NCBI GenBank assembly: GCA_040954595.2
Contig: CM082586.2
Location: 10,137,337-10,201,336, forward strand
From: Balanoglossus misakiensis
Lineage: Eukaryota; Animalia; Hemichordata
Direction: 5' to 3'
DNA length: 64,000 bases
A program made the translations under genes and the position numbers. The notes under the pieces were generated by a model. The model saw only the letters and a list, made by a program, of their open reading frames with translations. It searched no databases and was not told the DNA's origin. Of the stretch, positions 35,201 through 50,200 are shown piece by piece. The first letter of the stretch is position 1. Each line of letters starts with the position of its first letter.

Positions 35201-38200
35201 TTTACAACTATCCGTCGATCTACGGAGTCTAGTGGAAAAATTTCTTATGCGCATAGGCATATGTATGTGTTCTGCGTCTCACAACAGAATTCTGTAAATA
35301 AACGAGGCTGTTTGGAAGCAACCATGGAAATTTTAGAACTATCCGTCGATCTACAGAGTATAGTGGAAAACGTTCATATGCGCATAGGCCTATCTATGTG
35401 TTCTGCGCATCACAACAGAATTTTGTAAACAAACGATGCTTTGTTTGGAAGCAACCATGGAAATTTTAGAACTATCCGTCGATCTACGGAGTCTAGTGGT
35501 AAAATTTCTTATGCGCATAGGCATATGTATGTATTCTACGCATCACAACAGAATTCGGTAAATAAACGAGGCTGTTTGGAAGCAACCATGGAAATTTTAG
35601 AACTATCCGTCGATCTACAGAGTCTACTGGAAAACGTTCTTATGCGCATAGGCATATGTATGTATTCTACGCATCACAACAGAATTCGGTAAATAAACGA
35701 GGCTGTTTGGAAGCAACCATGGAAATTTTAGAACTATCCGTCGATCTACAGAGTCTACTGGAAAACGTTCTTATGCGCATAGGCCTATCTATGTATTATG
35801 CGCATCACAACATAATTTTGTAAACAAACGAGGATGTGCTTGGAAGCAACCATGGAAATTTTAGAACTATCCGTCGATATACAGAGTCCAGTGGAAAACG
35901 TTCTTATGCGCATAGGCCTCTCTATTTGTTCTGCGCATCACAACAGAATTTTGTATACAAACGATGCTTTGTTTGGAAGCAACCATGGAAATTTTAGAAC
36001 TATCCGTCGATCTACGGAGTCTAGTGGAAAAATTTCTTATGCGCATAGGCATATGTATGTGTTCTACGCATCACAACAGAATTCGGTAAATAAACGAGGC
36101 TGTTTGGAAACAACCATGGAAATTTTACAACTATCCGTCGATCTACAGAGTCTAGTGGAAAACGTTCTTATGCGCATAGGCCTATCTATGTATTATGCGC
36201 ATCACAACAGAATTTTGTAAACAAACGAGGATGTGTTTGGAAGCAACCATGGAAATTTTAGAACTATCCGTCGATATACAGAGTCTAGTGGAAAACGTTC
36301 ATATGCGCATAGGCCTCTCTATGTGTTCTGCGCATCACAACAGAATTTTGTAAACAAACGATGCTTTGTTTGGAAGCAACCATGGAAATTTTAGAACTAT
36401 CCGTCGATCTACGGAGTCTAGTGGAAAAATTTCTTATGCGCATAGGCATATGTATGTGTTCTACGCATCACAACAGAATTCGGTAAATAAACGAGGCTGT
36501 TTGGAAACAACCATGGAAATTTTACAACTATCCGTCGATCTACAGAGTCTGGTGGAAAAGTCTCTTATGCGCATAGGCCTATTACGTGTTCTGCGCCTCA
36601 CAACAGAATTCGGTAAATAAAAGAGGCTGTTTGGAAGCAACCATGGAAATTTTAGAACTATCCGTCGATCTACAGAGTCTAGTGAAAAACGTTCTTATGC
36701 GCATAGGCCTATCTATGTATTATGCGCATCACAACAGAAATCGCTAAATAAACGAGGCTGTATTTGGAAGCAACCATGTAAATTTTACAACTATCCGTCG
36801 ATCTACGGAGTCTAGTGGAAAAATTTCTTATGCGCATAGGCATATGTATGTGTTCTGCGTCTCACAACAGAATTCTGTAAATAAACGAGGCTGTTTGGAA
36901 GCAACCATGGAAATTTTAGAACTATCCGTCGATCTACAGAGTATAGTGGAAAACGTTCATATGCGCATAGGCCTATCTATGTGTTCTGCGCATCACAACA
37001 GAATTTTGTAAACAAACGATGCTTTGTTTGGAAGCAACCATGGAAATTTTAGAACTATCCGTCGATCTACGGAGTCTAGTGGTAAAATTTCTTATGCGCA
37101 TAGGCATATGTATGTATTCTACGCATCACAACAGAATTCGGTAAATAAACGAGGCTGTTTGGAAGCAACCATGGAAATTTTAGAACTATCCGTCGATCTA
37201 CAGAGTCTACTGGAAAACGTTCTTATGCGCATAGGCCTATCTATGTATTATGCGCATCACAACATAATTTTGTAAACAAACGAGGATGTGTTTGGAAGCA
37301 ACCATGGAAATTTTAGAACTATCCGTCGATATACAGAGTCTAGTGGAAAACTTTCTTATGCGCATAGGCCTCTCTATGTGTTCTGCGCATCACAACAGAA
37401 TTTTGTAAACAAACGATGCTTTGTTTGGAAGCAACCATGGAAATTTTAGAACTATCCGTCGATCTACGGAGTCTAGTGGAAAAATTTCTTATGCGCAAAG
37501 GCATATGTATGTGTTCTACGCATCACAACAGAATTCGGTAAATAAACGAGGCTGTTTGGAAACAACCATGGAAATTTTACAACTATCCGTCGATCTACAG
37601 AGTCTGGTGGAAAAGTTTCTTTTGCGCATAGGCCTATTACGTGTTCTGCGCCTCACAACAGAATTCGGTAAATAAACGAGGCTGTTTGGAAGCAACCATG
37701 GAAATTTTAGAACTATCAGTCGATCTACAGAGTATAGTGAAAAACGTTCTTATGCGCATAGGCCTATCTATGTATTATGCGCATCACAACAGAAATCGCT
37801 AAATAAACGAGGCTGTATTTGGAAGCAACCATGTAAATTTTACAACTATCCGTCGATCTACGGAGTCTAGTGGAAAAATTTCTTATGCGCATAGGCATAT
37901 GTATGTGTTCTGCGTCTCACAACAGAATTCTGTAAATAAACGAGGCTGTTTGGAAGCAACCATGGAAATTTTAGAACTATCCGTCGATCTACGGAGTCTA
38001 GTGGAAAAATTTCTTATGCGCATAGGCATATGTATGTGTTCTACGCATCACAACAGAATTCGGTAAATAAACGAGGCTGTTTGGAAACAACCATGGAAAT
38101 TTTACAACTATCCGTCGATCTACAGAGTCTGGTGGAAAAGTCTCTTATGCGCATAGGCCTATTACGTGTTCTGCGCCTCACAACAGAATTCGGTAAATAA

Positions 38201-41200
38201 AAGAGGCTGTTTGGAAGCAACCATGGAAATTTTAGAACTATCCGTCGATCTACAGAGTCTAGTGAAAAACGTTCTTATGCGCATAGGCCTATCTATGTAT
38301 TATGCGCATCACAACAGAAATCGCTAAATAAACGAGGCTGTATTTGGAAGCAACCATGTAAATTTTACAACTATCCGTCGATCTACGGAGTCTAGTGGAA
38401 AAATTTCTTATGCGCATAGGCATATGTATGTGTTCTGCGTCTCACAACAGAATTCTGTAAATAAACGAGGCTGTTTGGAAGCAACCATGGAAATTTTAGA
38501 ACTATCCGTCGATCTACAGAGTATAGTGGAAAACGTTCATATGCGCATAGGCCTATCTATGTGTTCTGCGCATCACAACAGAATTTTGTAAACAAACGAT
38601 GCTTTGTTTGGAAGCAACCATGGAAATTTTAGAACTATCCGTCGATCTACGGAGTCTAGTGGTAAAATTTCTTATGCGCATAGGCATATGTATGTATTCT
38701 ACGCATCACAACAGAATTCGGTAAATAAACGAGGCTGTTTGGAAGCAACCATGGAAATTTTAGAACTATCCGTCGATCTACAGAGTCTACTGGAAAACGT
38801 TCTTATGCGCATAGGCCTACCTATGTATTATGCGCATCACAACATAATTTTGTAAACAAACGAGGATGTGTTTGGAAGCAACCATGGAAATTTTAGAACT
38901 ATCCGTCGATATACAGAGTCTAGTGGAAAACTTTCTTATGCGCATAGGCCTCTCTATGTGTTCTGCGCATCACAACAGAATTTTGTAAACAAACGATGCT
39001 TTGTTTGGAAGCAACCATGGAAATTTTAGAACTATCCGTCGATCTACGGAGTCTAGTGGAAAAATTTCTTATGCGCAAAGGCATATGTATGTGTTCTACG
39101 CATCACAACAGAATTCGGTAAATAAACGAGGCTGTTTGGAAACAACCATGGAAATTTTACAACTATCCGTCGATCTACAGAGTCTGGTGGAAAAGTTTCT
39201 TTTGCGCATAGGCCTATTACGTGTTCTGCGCCTCACAACAGAATTCGGTAAATAAACGAGGCTGTTTGGAAGCAACCATGGAAATTTTAGAACTATCCGT
39301 CGATCTACAGAGTATAGTGAAAAACGTTCTTATGCGCATAGGCCTATCTATGTATTATGCGCATCACAACAGAAATCGCTAAATAAACGAGGCTGTATTT
39401 GGAAGCAACCATGTAAATTTTACAACTATCCGTCGATCTACGGAGTCTAGTGGAAAAATTTCTTATGCGCATAGGCATATGTATGTGTTCTGCGTCTCAC
39501 AACAGAATTCTGTAAATAAACGAGGCTGTTTGGAAGCAACCATGGAAATTTTAGAACTATCCGTCGATCTACAGAGTATAGTGGAAAACGTTCATATGCG
39601 CATAGGCCTATCTATGTGTTCTGCGCATCACAACAGAATTTTGTAAACAAACGATGCTTTGTTTGGAAGCAACCATGGAAATTTTAGAACTATCCGTCGA
39701 TCTACGGAGTCTAGTGGTAAAATTTCTTATGCGCATAGGCATATGTATGTATTCTACGCATCACAACAGAATTCGGTAAATAAACGAGGCTGTTTGGAAG
39801 CAACCATGGAAATTTTAGAACTATCCGTCGATCTACAGAGTCTACTGGAAAACGTTCTTATGCGCATAGGCCTATCTATGTATTATGCGCATCACAACAT
39901 AATTTTGTAAACAAACGAGGATGTGCTTGGAAGCAACCATGGAAATTTTAGAACTATCCGTCGATATACAGAGTCCAGTGGAAAACGTTCTTATGCGCAT
40001 AGGCCTCTCTATTTGTTCTGCGCATCACAACAGAATTTTGTATACAAACGATGCTTTGTTTGGAAGCAACCATGGAAATTTTAGAACTATCCGTCGATCT
40101 ACGGAGTCTAGTGGAAAAATTTCTTATGCGCATAGGCATATGTATGTGTTCTACGCATCACAACAGAATTCGGTAAATAAACGAGGCTGTTTGGAAACAA
40201 CCATGGAAATTTTACAACTGTCTGTCGATCTACCGAGTCTGGTGGAAAAGTTTCTTATGCGCATAGGCCTATTACGTGTTCTGCGCCTCACAAGAGAATT
40301 CGGTAAATAAACGAGGCTGTTTGGAAGCAACCATGGAAATTTTAGAACTATCCGTCGATCTACAGAGTCTAGTGGAAAACGTTCTTATGCGCATAGGCCT
40401 ATCTATGTATTATGCGCATCACAACAGAATTTTGTAAACAAACGAGGATGTGTTTGGAAGCAACCATGGAAATTTTAGAACTATCCGTCGATCTACAGAG
40501 TCTAGTGAAAAACGTTCTTATGCGCATAGGCCTATCTATGTATTATGCGCATCACAACAGAAATCGCTAAATAAACGAGGCTGTATTTGGAAGCAACCAT
40601 GTAAATTTTACAACTATCCGTCGATCTACGGAGTCTAGTGGAAAAATTTCTTATGCGCATAGGCATATGTATGTGTTCTGCGTCTCACAACAGAATTCTG
40701 TAAATAAACGAGGCTGTTTGGAAGCAACCATGGAAATTTTAGAACTATCCGTCGATCTACAGAGTCTAGTGGAAAACGTTCTTATGCGCATAGGCCTATC
40801 TATGTATTATGCGCATCACAACAGAATTTTGTAAACAAACGAGGATGTGTTTGGAAGCAACCATGGAAATTTTAGAACTATCCGTCGATATACAGAGTCT
40901 AGTGGAAAACGTTCATATGCGCATAGGCCTCTCTATGTGTTCTGCGCATCACAACAGAATTTTGTAAACAAACGATGCTTTGTTTGGAAGCAACCATGGA
41001 AATTTTAGAACTATCCGTCGATCTACGGAGTCTAGTGGAAAAATTTCTTATGCGCATAGGCATATGTATGTGTTCTACGCATCACAACAGAATTCGGTAA
41101 ATAAACGAGGCTGTTTGGAAACAACCATGGAAATTTTACAACTATCCGTCGATCTACAGAGTCTGGTGGAAAAGTCTCTTATGCGCATAGGCCTATTACG

Positions 41201-44200
41201 TGTTCTGCGCCTCACAACAGAATTCGGTAAATAAAAGAGGCTGTTTGGAAGCAACCATGGAAATTTTAGAACTATCCGTCGATCTACAGAGTCTAGTGAA
41301 AAACGTTCTTATGCGCATAGGCCTATCTATGTATTATGCGCATCACAACAGAAATCGCTAAATAAACGAGGCTGTATTTGGAAGCAACCATGTAAATTTT
41401 ACAACTATCCGTCGATCTACGGAGTCTAGTGGAAAACGTTCTTATGCGCATAGGCCTATCTATGTATTATGCGCATCACAACAGAATTTTGTAAACAAAC
41501 GAGGATGTGTTTGGAAGCAACCATGGAAATTTTAGAACTATCCGTCGATATACAGAGTCTAGTGGAAAACGTTCATATGCGCATAGGCCTCTCTATGTGT
41601 TCTGCGCATCACAACAGAATTTTGTAAACAAACGATGCTTTGTTTGGAAGCAACCATGGAAATTTTAGAACTATCCGTCGATCTACGGAGTCTAGTGGAA
41701 AAATTTCTTATGCGCATAGGCATATGTATGTGTTCTACGCATCACAACAGAATTCGGTAAATAAACGAGGCTGTTTGGAAACAACCATGGAAATTTTACA
41801 ACTATCCGTCGATCTACAGAGTCTGGTGGAAAAGTCTCTTATGCGCATAGGCCTATTACGTGTTCTGCGCCTCACAACAGAATTCGGTAAATAAAAGAGG
41901 CTGTTTTGAAGCAACCATGGAAATTTTAGAACTATCCGTCGATCTACAGAGTCTAGTGAAAAACGTTCTTATGCGCATAGGCCTATCTATGTATTATGCG
42001 CATCACAACAGAAATCGCTAAATAAACGAGGCTGTATTTGGAAGCAACCATGTAAATTTTACAACTATCCGTCGATCTACGGAGTCTAGTGGAAAAATTT
42101 CTTATGCGCATAGGCATATGTATGTGTTCTGCGTCTCACAACAGAATTCTGTAAATAAACGAGGCTGTTTGGAAGCAACCATGGAAATTTTAGAACTATC
42201 CGTCGATCTACAGAGTATAGTGGAAAACGTTCATATGCGCATAGGCCTATCTATGTGTTCTGCGCATCACAACAGAATTTTGTAAACAAACGATGCTTTG
42301 TTTGGAAGCAACCATGGAAATTTTAGAACTATCCGTCGATCTACGGAGTCTAGTGGTAAAATTTCTTATGCGCATAGGCATATGTATGTATTCTACGCAT
42401 CACAACAGAATTCGGTAAATAAACGAGGCTGTTTGGAAGCAACCATGGAAATTTTAGAACTATCCGTCGATCTACAGAGTCTACTGGAAAACGTTCTTAT
42501 GCGCATAGGCCTATCTATGTATTATGCGCATCACAACATAATTTTGTAAACAAACGAGGATGTGTTTGGAAGCAACCATGGAAATTTTAGAACTATCCGT
42601 CGATATACAGAGTCTAGTGGAAAACTTTCTTATGCGCATAGGCCTCTCTATGTGTTCTGCGCATCACAACAGAATTTTGTAAACAAACGATGCTTTGTTT
42701 GGAAGCAACCATGGAAATTTTAGAACTATCCGTCGATCTACGGAGTCTAGTGGAAAAATTTCTTATGCGCAAAGGCATATGTATGTGTTCTACGCATCAC
42801 AACAGAATTCGGTAAATAAACGAGGCTGTTTGGAAACAACCATGGAAATTTTACAACTATCCGTCGATCTACAGAGTCTGGTGGAAAAGTTTCTTTTGCG
42901 CATAGGCCTATTACGTGTTCTGCGCCTCACAACAGAATTCGGTAAATAAACGAGGCTGTTTGGAAGCAACCATGGAAATTTTAGAACTATCCGTCGATCT
43001 ACAGAGTCTAGTCGAAAACGTTCTTATGCGCATAGGCCTATCTATGTATTATGCGCATCACAACAGAAACCGCTAAATAAACGAGGCTGTATTTGGAAGC
43101 AACCATGTAAATTTTACAACTATCCGTCGATCTACAGAGTCTGGTGGAAAACTTTCTAATGCGCATAGGCCTATTACGTGTTCTGCGCCTCACAACAGAA
43201 TTCGGTAAATAAACGAGGCTGTTTGGAAGCAACCATGGAAATTTTAGAACTATCCGTCGATCTACAGAGTCTAGTCGAAAACGTTCTTATGCGCATAGGC
43301 CTATCTATGTATTATGCGCATCACAACAGAAACCGCTAAATAAACGAGGCTGTATTTGGAAGCAACCATGTAAATTTTACAACTATCCGTCGATCTACAG
43401 AGTCTGGTGGAAAACTTTCTTATGCGCATAGGCCTATTACGTGTTCTGCGCCTAACAACAGAATTCGGTAAATAAACGAGGCTGTTTGGAAGCAACCATG
43501 GAAATTTTAGAACTATCCGTCGATCTACAGAGTCTAATGGAAAAATGTCTTATGCGCATAGGCCTATCATGTGTTCTGCGCCTCACAACAGAATTCCGTA
43601 AATAAACGAGGCTGTTTGGAAGCAACCGTGGAAATTTTAGAACTATCTCTCGATCTACAGAGTATAGTGGAAAACTTTCATATGCGCATAGGCCTATCTA
43701 TGTGTTATGCGCCTCACAACAGAATTCCGTAAATAAACGAGGCTGTTTGGAAGCAAACATGGAAATTTTAGAACTATCTGTCGATCTACAGAGTATAGTG
43801 GAAAACGTTCATATGCGCATAGGCCTATCTATGTGTTATGCGCATCACAACAGAATTTTGTAAACAAACGAAGCGGAGTTTGGAAGCAACCATGGAAATT
43901 TTAGAACTATCTCTCGATCTACAGAGTATAGTGGAAAACGTTCATTTGCGCATAGGCCTATCTATGTGTTCTGCGCGTCACAACAGAATTTTGTAAACAA
44001 ACGATGCTTTGTTTGGAAGCAACCATGGAAATTTAAGAACTATCCATCGATCTACAGAGTCTATAGTGGAAAACTTTCTTATGCACATATGCCTATCTAT
44101 GTGTTCTGCGCCTCAAAACAGAATTCCGTAAATAAAAGAGGCTGTTTGGAAGCAAACATGGAAATTCAAGAACTATCTCTCGATCTACAGAGTATAGTGG

Positions 44201-47200
44201 AAAACGTTCATATGCGCATAGGCCTATCATGTGTTATGCACATCACAACAGAATTTTGTAAACAAACGAGGCTTTGTTTGGAAGCAACAATGGAAATTTT
44301 AGAACTATCTGTCGATCTACTGAGTATAGTGGAAAACGTTCATATGCGCATAGGCCTATATATGTGTTCTGCGCATCACAACAGAATTTTGTAAACAATC
44401 GAGGATGTGTTTGGAAGCAACAATGGAAATTTTAGAACTATCCGTCGATCTACGGAGTATAGTGGAAAACGTTCATATGCGCATAGGCCTATATATGTGT
44501 TCTGCGCATCACAACAGAATTTTGTAAACAAACGAGGCTTTGTTTGGAAGCAACAATGGAAATTTTAGAACTATCTCTCGATCTACAGAGTATAGTGGAA
44601 AACGTTCTTATGCGCATAGGCCTCTCTATGTGTTCTGCGCATCACAACAGAATTTTGTAAACAAACGATGCTTTGTTTGGAAGCAACCATGGAAATTTTA
44701 GAACTATCCGTCGATCTACGGAGTCTAGTGGAAAAATTTCTTATGCGCATAGGCATATGTATGTGTTCTACGCATCACAACAGAATTCGGTAAATAAACG
44801 AGGCTGTTTGGAAACAACCATGGAAATTTTACAACTATCCGTCGATCTACAGAGTCTGGTGGAAAAGTTTCTTATGCGCATAGGCCTATTACGTGTTCTG
44901 CGCCTCACAACAGAATTCGGTAAATAAACGAGGCTGTTTGGAAGCAACCATGGAAATTTTAGAACTATCCGTCGATCTACAGAGTCTAGTGGAAAACGTT
45001 CTTATGCGCATAGGCCTATCTATGTATTATGCGCATCACAACATAATTTTGTAAACAAACGAGGATGTGTTTGGAAGCAACCATGGAAATTTTAGAAATA
45101 TCCGTCGATATACAGAGACTAGTGGAAAACGTTCTTATGCGCATAGGCCTCTCTATGTGTTCTGCGCATCACAACAGAATTTTGTAAACAAACGATGCTT
45201 TGTTTGGAAGCAACCATGGAAATTTTAGAACTATCCGTCGATCTACGGAGTCTAGTGGAAAAATTTCTTATGCGCATAGGCATATGTATGTGTTCTACGC
45301 ATCACAACAGAATTTGGTAAATAAACGAGGCTGTTTGGAAGCAACCATGGAAATTTTAGAACTATCCGTCGATCTACAGAGTCTAGTGGAAAACGTTCTT
45401 ATGCGCATAGGCCTATCTATGTATTATGCGCATCACAACAGAAATCGCTAAATAAACGAGGCTGTATTTGGAAGCAACCATGTAAATTTTACAACTATCC
45501 GTCGATCTACAGAGTCTGGTGGAAAACTTTCTTATGCGCACAGGCCTATTACGTGTTCTGCGCCTAACAACAGAATTCCGTAAATAAACGAGGCTGTTTG
45601 GAAGCAAACATGGAAATTTTAGAACTATCTCTCGATCTACAGAGTATAGTGGAAAACGTTCTTATGCGCATAGGCCTCTCTATGTGTTCTGCGCATCACA
45701 ACAGAATTTTGTAAACAAACGATGCTTTGTTTGGAAGCAACCATGGAAATTTTAGAACTATCCGTCGATCTACGGAGTCTAGTGGAAAAATTTCTTATGC
45801 GCATAGGCATATGTATGTGTTCTACGCATCACAACAGAATTCGGTAAATAAACGAGGCTGTTTGGAAACAACCATGGAAATTTTACAACTATCCGTCGAT
45901 CTACAGAGTCTGGTGGAAAAGTTTCTTATGCGCATAGGCCTATTACGTGTTCTGCGCCTCACAACAGAATTCGGTAAATAAACGAGGCTGTTTGGAAGCA
46001 ACCATGGAAATTTTAGAACTATCCGTCGATCTACAGAGTCTAGTGGAAAACGTTCTTATGCGCATAGGCCTATCTATGTATTATGCGCATCACAACATAA
46101 TTTTGTAAACAAACGAGGATGTGTTTGGAAGCAACCATGGAAATTTTAGAACTATCCGTCGATATACAGAGACTAGTGGAAAACGTTCTTATGCGCATAG
46201 GCCTCTCTATGTGTTCTGCGAATCACAACAGAATTTTGTAAACAAACGATGCTTTGTTTGGAAGCAACCATGGAAATTTTAGAACTATCCGTCGATCTAC
46301 GGAGTCTAGTGGAAAAATTTCTTATGCGCATAGGCATATGTATGTGTTCTACGCATCACAACAGAATTTGGTAAATAAACGAGGCTGTTTGGAAGCAACC
46401 ATGGAAATTTTAGAACTATCCGTCGATCTACAGAGTCTAGTGGAAAACGTTCTTATGCGCATAGGCCTATCTATGTATTATGCGCATCACAACAGAAATC
46501 GCTAAATAAACGAGGCTGTATTTGGAAGCAACCATGTAAATTTTACAACTATCCGTCGATCTACAGAGTCTGGTGGAAAACGTTCTTATGCGCACAGGCC
46601 TATTACGTGTTCTGCGCCTAACAACAGAATTCGGTAAATAAACGAGGCTGTTTGGAAGCAACCATGGAAATTTAAGAACTATCCGTCGATCTACAGAGAC
46701 TATAGTGGAAAAATGTTTTATGCGCATAGGCCTATCATGTGTTATGCGCCTCACAACAGAATTCCGTAAATAAACGAGGCTGTTTGGAAGCAACCGTGGA
46801 AATTTTAGAACTATCTCTCGATCTACAGAGTATAGTGGAAAACTTTCATATGCGCATAGGCCTATCTATGTGTTATGCGCCTCACAACAGAATTCCGTAA
46901 ATAAACGAGGCTGTTTGGAAGCAAACATGGAAATTTTAGAACTATCTGTCGATCTACAGAGTATAGTGGAAAACGTTCATATGCGCATAGGCCTATCTAT
47001 GTGTTATGCGCATCACAACAGAATTTTGTAAACAAACGAAGCGGAGTTTGGAAGCAACCATGGAAATTTTAGAACTATCTCTCGATCTACAGAGTATAGT
47101 GGAAAACGTTCATTTGCGCATAGGCCTATCTATGTGTTCTGCGCGTCACAACAGAATTTTGTAAACAAACGATGCTTTGTTTGGAAGCAACCATGGAAAT

Positions 47201-50200
47201 TTAAGAACTATCCATCGATCTACAGAGTCTATAGTGGAAAACTTTCTTATGCACATATGCCTATCTATGTGTTCTGCGCCTCAAAACAGAATTCCGTAAA
47301 TAAAAGAGGCTGTTTGGAAGCAAACATGGAAATTCAAGAACTATCTCTCGATCTACAGAGTATAGTGGAAAACGTTCATATGCGCATAGGCCTATATATG
47401 TGTTCTGCGCATCACAACAGAATTTTGTAAACAATCGAGGATGTGTTTGGAAGCAACAATGGAAATTTTAGAACTATCCGTCGATCTACGGAGTATAGTG
47501 GAAAACGTTCATATGCGCATAGGCCTATATATGTGTTCTGCGCATCACAACAGAATTTTGTAAACAAACGAGGCTTTGTTTGGAAGCAACAATGGAAATT
47601 TTAGAACTATCTCTCGATCTACAGAGTATAGTGGAAAACGTTCTTATGCGCATAGGCCTCTCTATGTGTTCTGCGCATCACAACAGAATTTTGTAAACAA
47701 ACGATGCTTTGTTTGGAAGCAACCATGGAAATTTTAGAACTATCCGTCGATCTACGGAGTCTAGTGGAAAAATTTCTTATGCGCATAGGCATATGTATGT
47801 GTTCTACGCATCACAACAGAATTCGGTAAATAAACGAGGCTGTTTGGAAACAACCATGGAAATTTTACAACTATCCGTCGATCTACAGAGTCTGGTGGAA
47901 AAGTTTCTTATGCGCATAGGCCTATTACGTGTTCTGCGCCTCACAACAGAATTCGGTAAATAAACGAGGCTGTTTGGAAGCAACCATGGAAATTTTAGAA
48001 CTATCCGTCGATCTACAGAGTCTAGTGGAAAACGTTCTTATGCGCATAGGCCTATCTATGTATTATGCGCATCACAACATAATTTTGTAAACAAACGAGG
48101 ATGTGTTTGGAAGCAACCATGGAAATTTTAGAAATATCCGTCGATATACAGAGACTAGTGGAAAACGTTCTTATGCGCATAGGCCTCTCTATGTGTTCTG
48201 CGCATCACAACAGAATTTTGTAAACAAACGATGCTTTGTTTGGAAGCAACCATGGCAATTTTAGAACTATCCGTCGATCTACGGAGTCTAGTGGAAAAAT
48301 TTCTTATGCGCATAGGCATATGTATGTGTTCTACGCATCACAACAGAATTTGGTAAATAAACGAGGCTGTTTGGAAGCAACCATGGAAATTTTAGAACTA
48401 TCCGTCGATCTACAGAGTCTAGTGGAAAACGTTCTTATGCGCATAGGCCTATCTATGTATTATGCGCATCACAACAGAAATCGCTAAATAAACGAGGCTG
48501 TATTTGGAAGCAACCATGTAAATTTTACAACTATCCGTCGATCTACAGAGTCTGGTGGAAAACTTTCTTATGCGCACAGGCCTATTACGTGTTCTGCGCC
48601 TAACAACAGAATTCCGTAAATAAACGAGGCTGTTTGGAAGCAAACATGGAAATTTTAGAACTATCTGTCGATCTACAGAGTATAGTGGAAAACGTTCTTA
48701 TGCGCATAGGCCTCTCTATGTGTTCTGCGCATCACAACAGAATTTTGTAAACAAACGATGCTTTGTTTGGAAGCAACCATGGAAATTTTAGAACTATCCG
48801 TCGATCTACGGAGTCTAGTGGAAAAATTTCTTATGCGCATAGGCATATGTATGTGTTCTACGCATCACAACAGAATTCGGTAAATAAACGAGGCTGTTTG
48901 GAAACAACCATGGAAATTTTACAACTATCCGTCGATCTACAGAGTCTGGTGGAAAAGTTTCTTATGCGCATAGGCCTATTACGTGTTCTGCGCCTCACAA
49001 CAGAATTCGGTAAATAAACGAGGCTGTTTGGAAGCAACCATGGAAATTTTAGAACTATCCGTCGATCTACAGAGTCTAGTGGAAAACGTTCTTATGCGCA
49101 TAGGCCTATCTATGTATTATGCGCATCACAACATAATTTTGTAAACAAACGAGGATGTGTTTGGAAGCAACCATGGAAATTTTAGAAATATCCGTCGATA
49201 TACAGAGACTAGTGGAAAACGTTCTTATGCGCATAGGCCTCTCTATGTGTTCTGCGCATCACAACAGAATTTTGTAAACAAACGATGCTTTGTTTGGAAG
49301 CAACCATGGAAATTTTAGAACTATCCGTCGATCTACGGAGTCTAGTGGAAAACGTTCTTATGCGCATAGGCCTCTCTATGTGTTCTGCGCATCACAACAT
49401 AATTCGGTAAATAAACGAGGCTGTTTGGAAACAACCATGGAAATTTTACAACTATCCGTCGATCTACAGAGTCTGGTGGAAAAGTTTCTTATGCGCATAG
49501 GCCTATTACGTGTTCTGCGCCTCACAACAGAATTCGGTAAATAAACGAGGCTGTTTGGAAGCAACCATGGAAATTTTAGAACTATCCGTCGATCTACAGA
49601 GTCTAGTGGAAAACGTTCTTATGCGCATAGGCCTATCTATGTATTATGCGCATCACAACATAATTTTGTAAACAAACGAGGATGTGTTTGGAAGCAACCA
49701 TGGAAATTTTAGAAATATCCGTCGATATACAGAGACTAGTGGAAAACGTTCTTATGCGCATAGGCCTCTCTATGTGTTCTGCGCATCACAACAGAATTTT
49801 GTAAACAAACGATGCTTTGTTTGGAAGCAACCATGGAAATTTTAGAACTATCCGTCGATCTACGGAGTCTAGTGGAAAAATTTCTTATGCGCATAGGCAT
49901 ATGTATGTGTTCTACGCATCACAACAGAATTTGGTAAATAAACGAGGCTGTTTGGAAGCAACCATGGAAATTTTACAACTATCCGTCGATCTACAGAGTC
50001 TGGTGGAAAAGTTTCTTATGCGCATAGGCCTATTACGTGTTCTGCGCCTCACAACAGAATTCGGTAAATAAACGAGGCTGTTTGGAAGCAACCATGGAAA
50101 TTTTAGAACTATCCGTCGATCTACAGAGTCTAGTGGAAAACGTTCTTATGCGCATAGGCCTATCTATGTATTATGCGCATCACAACATAATTTTGTAAAC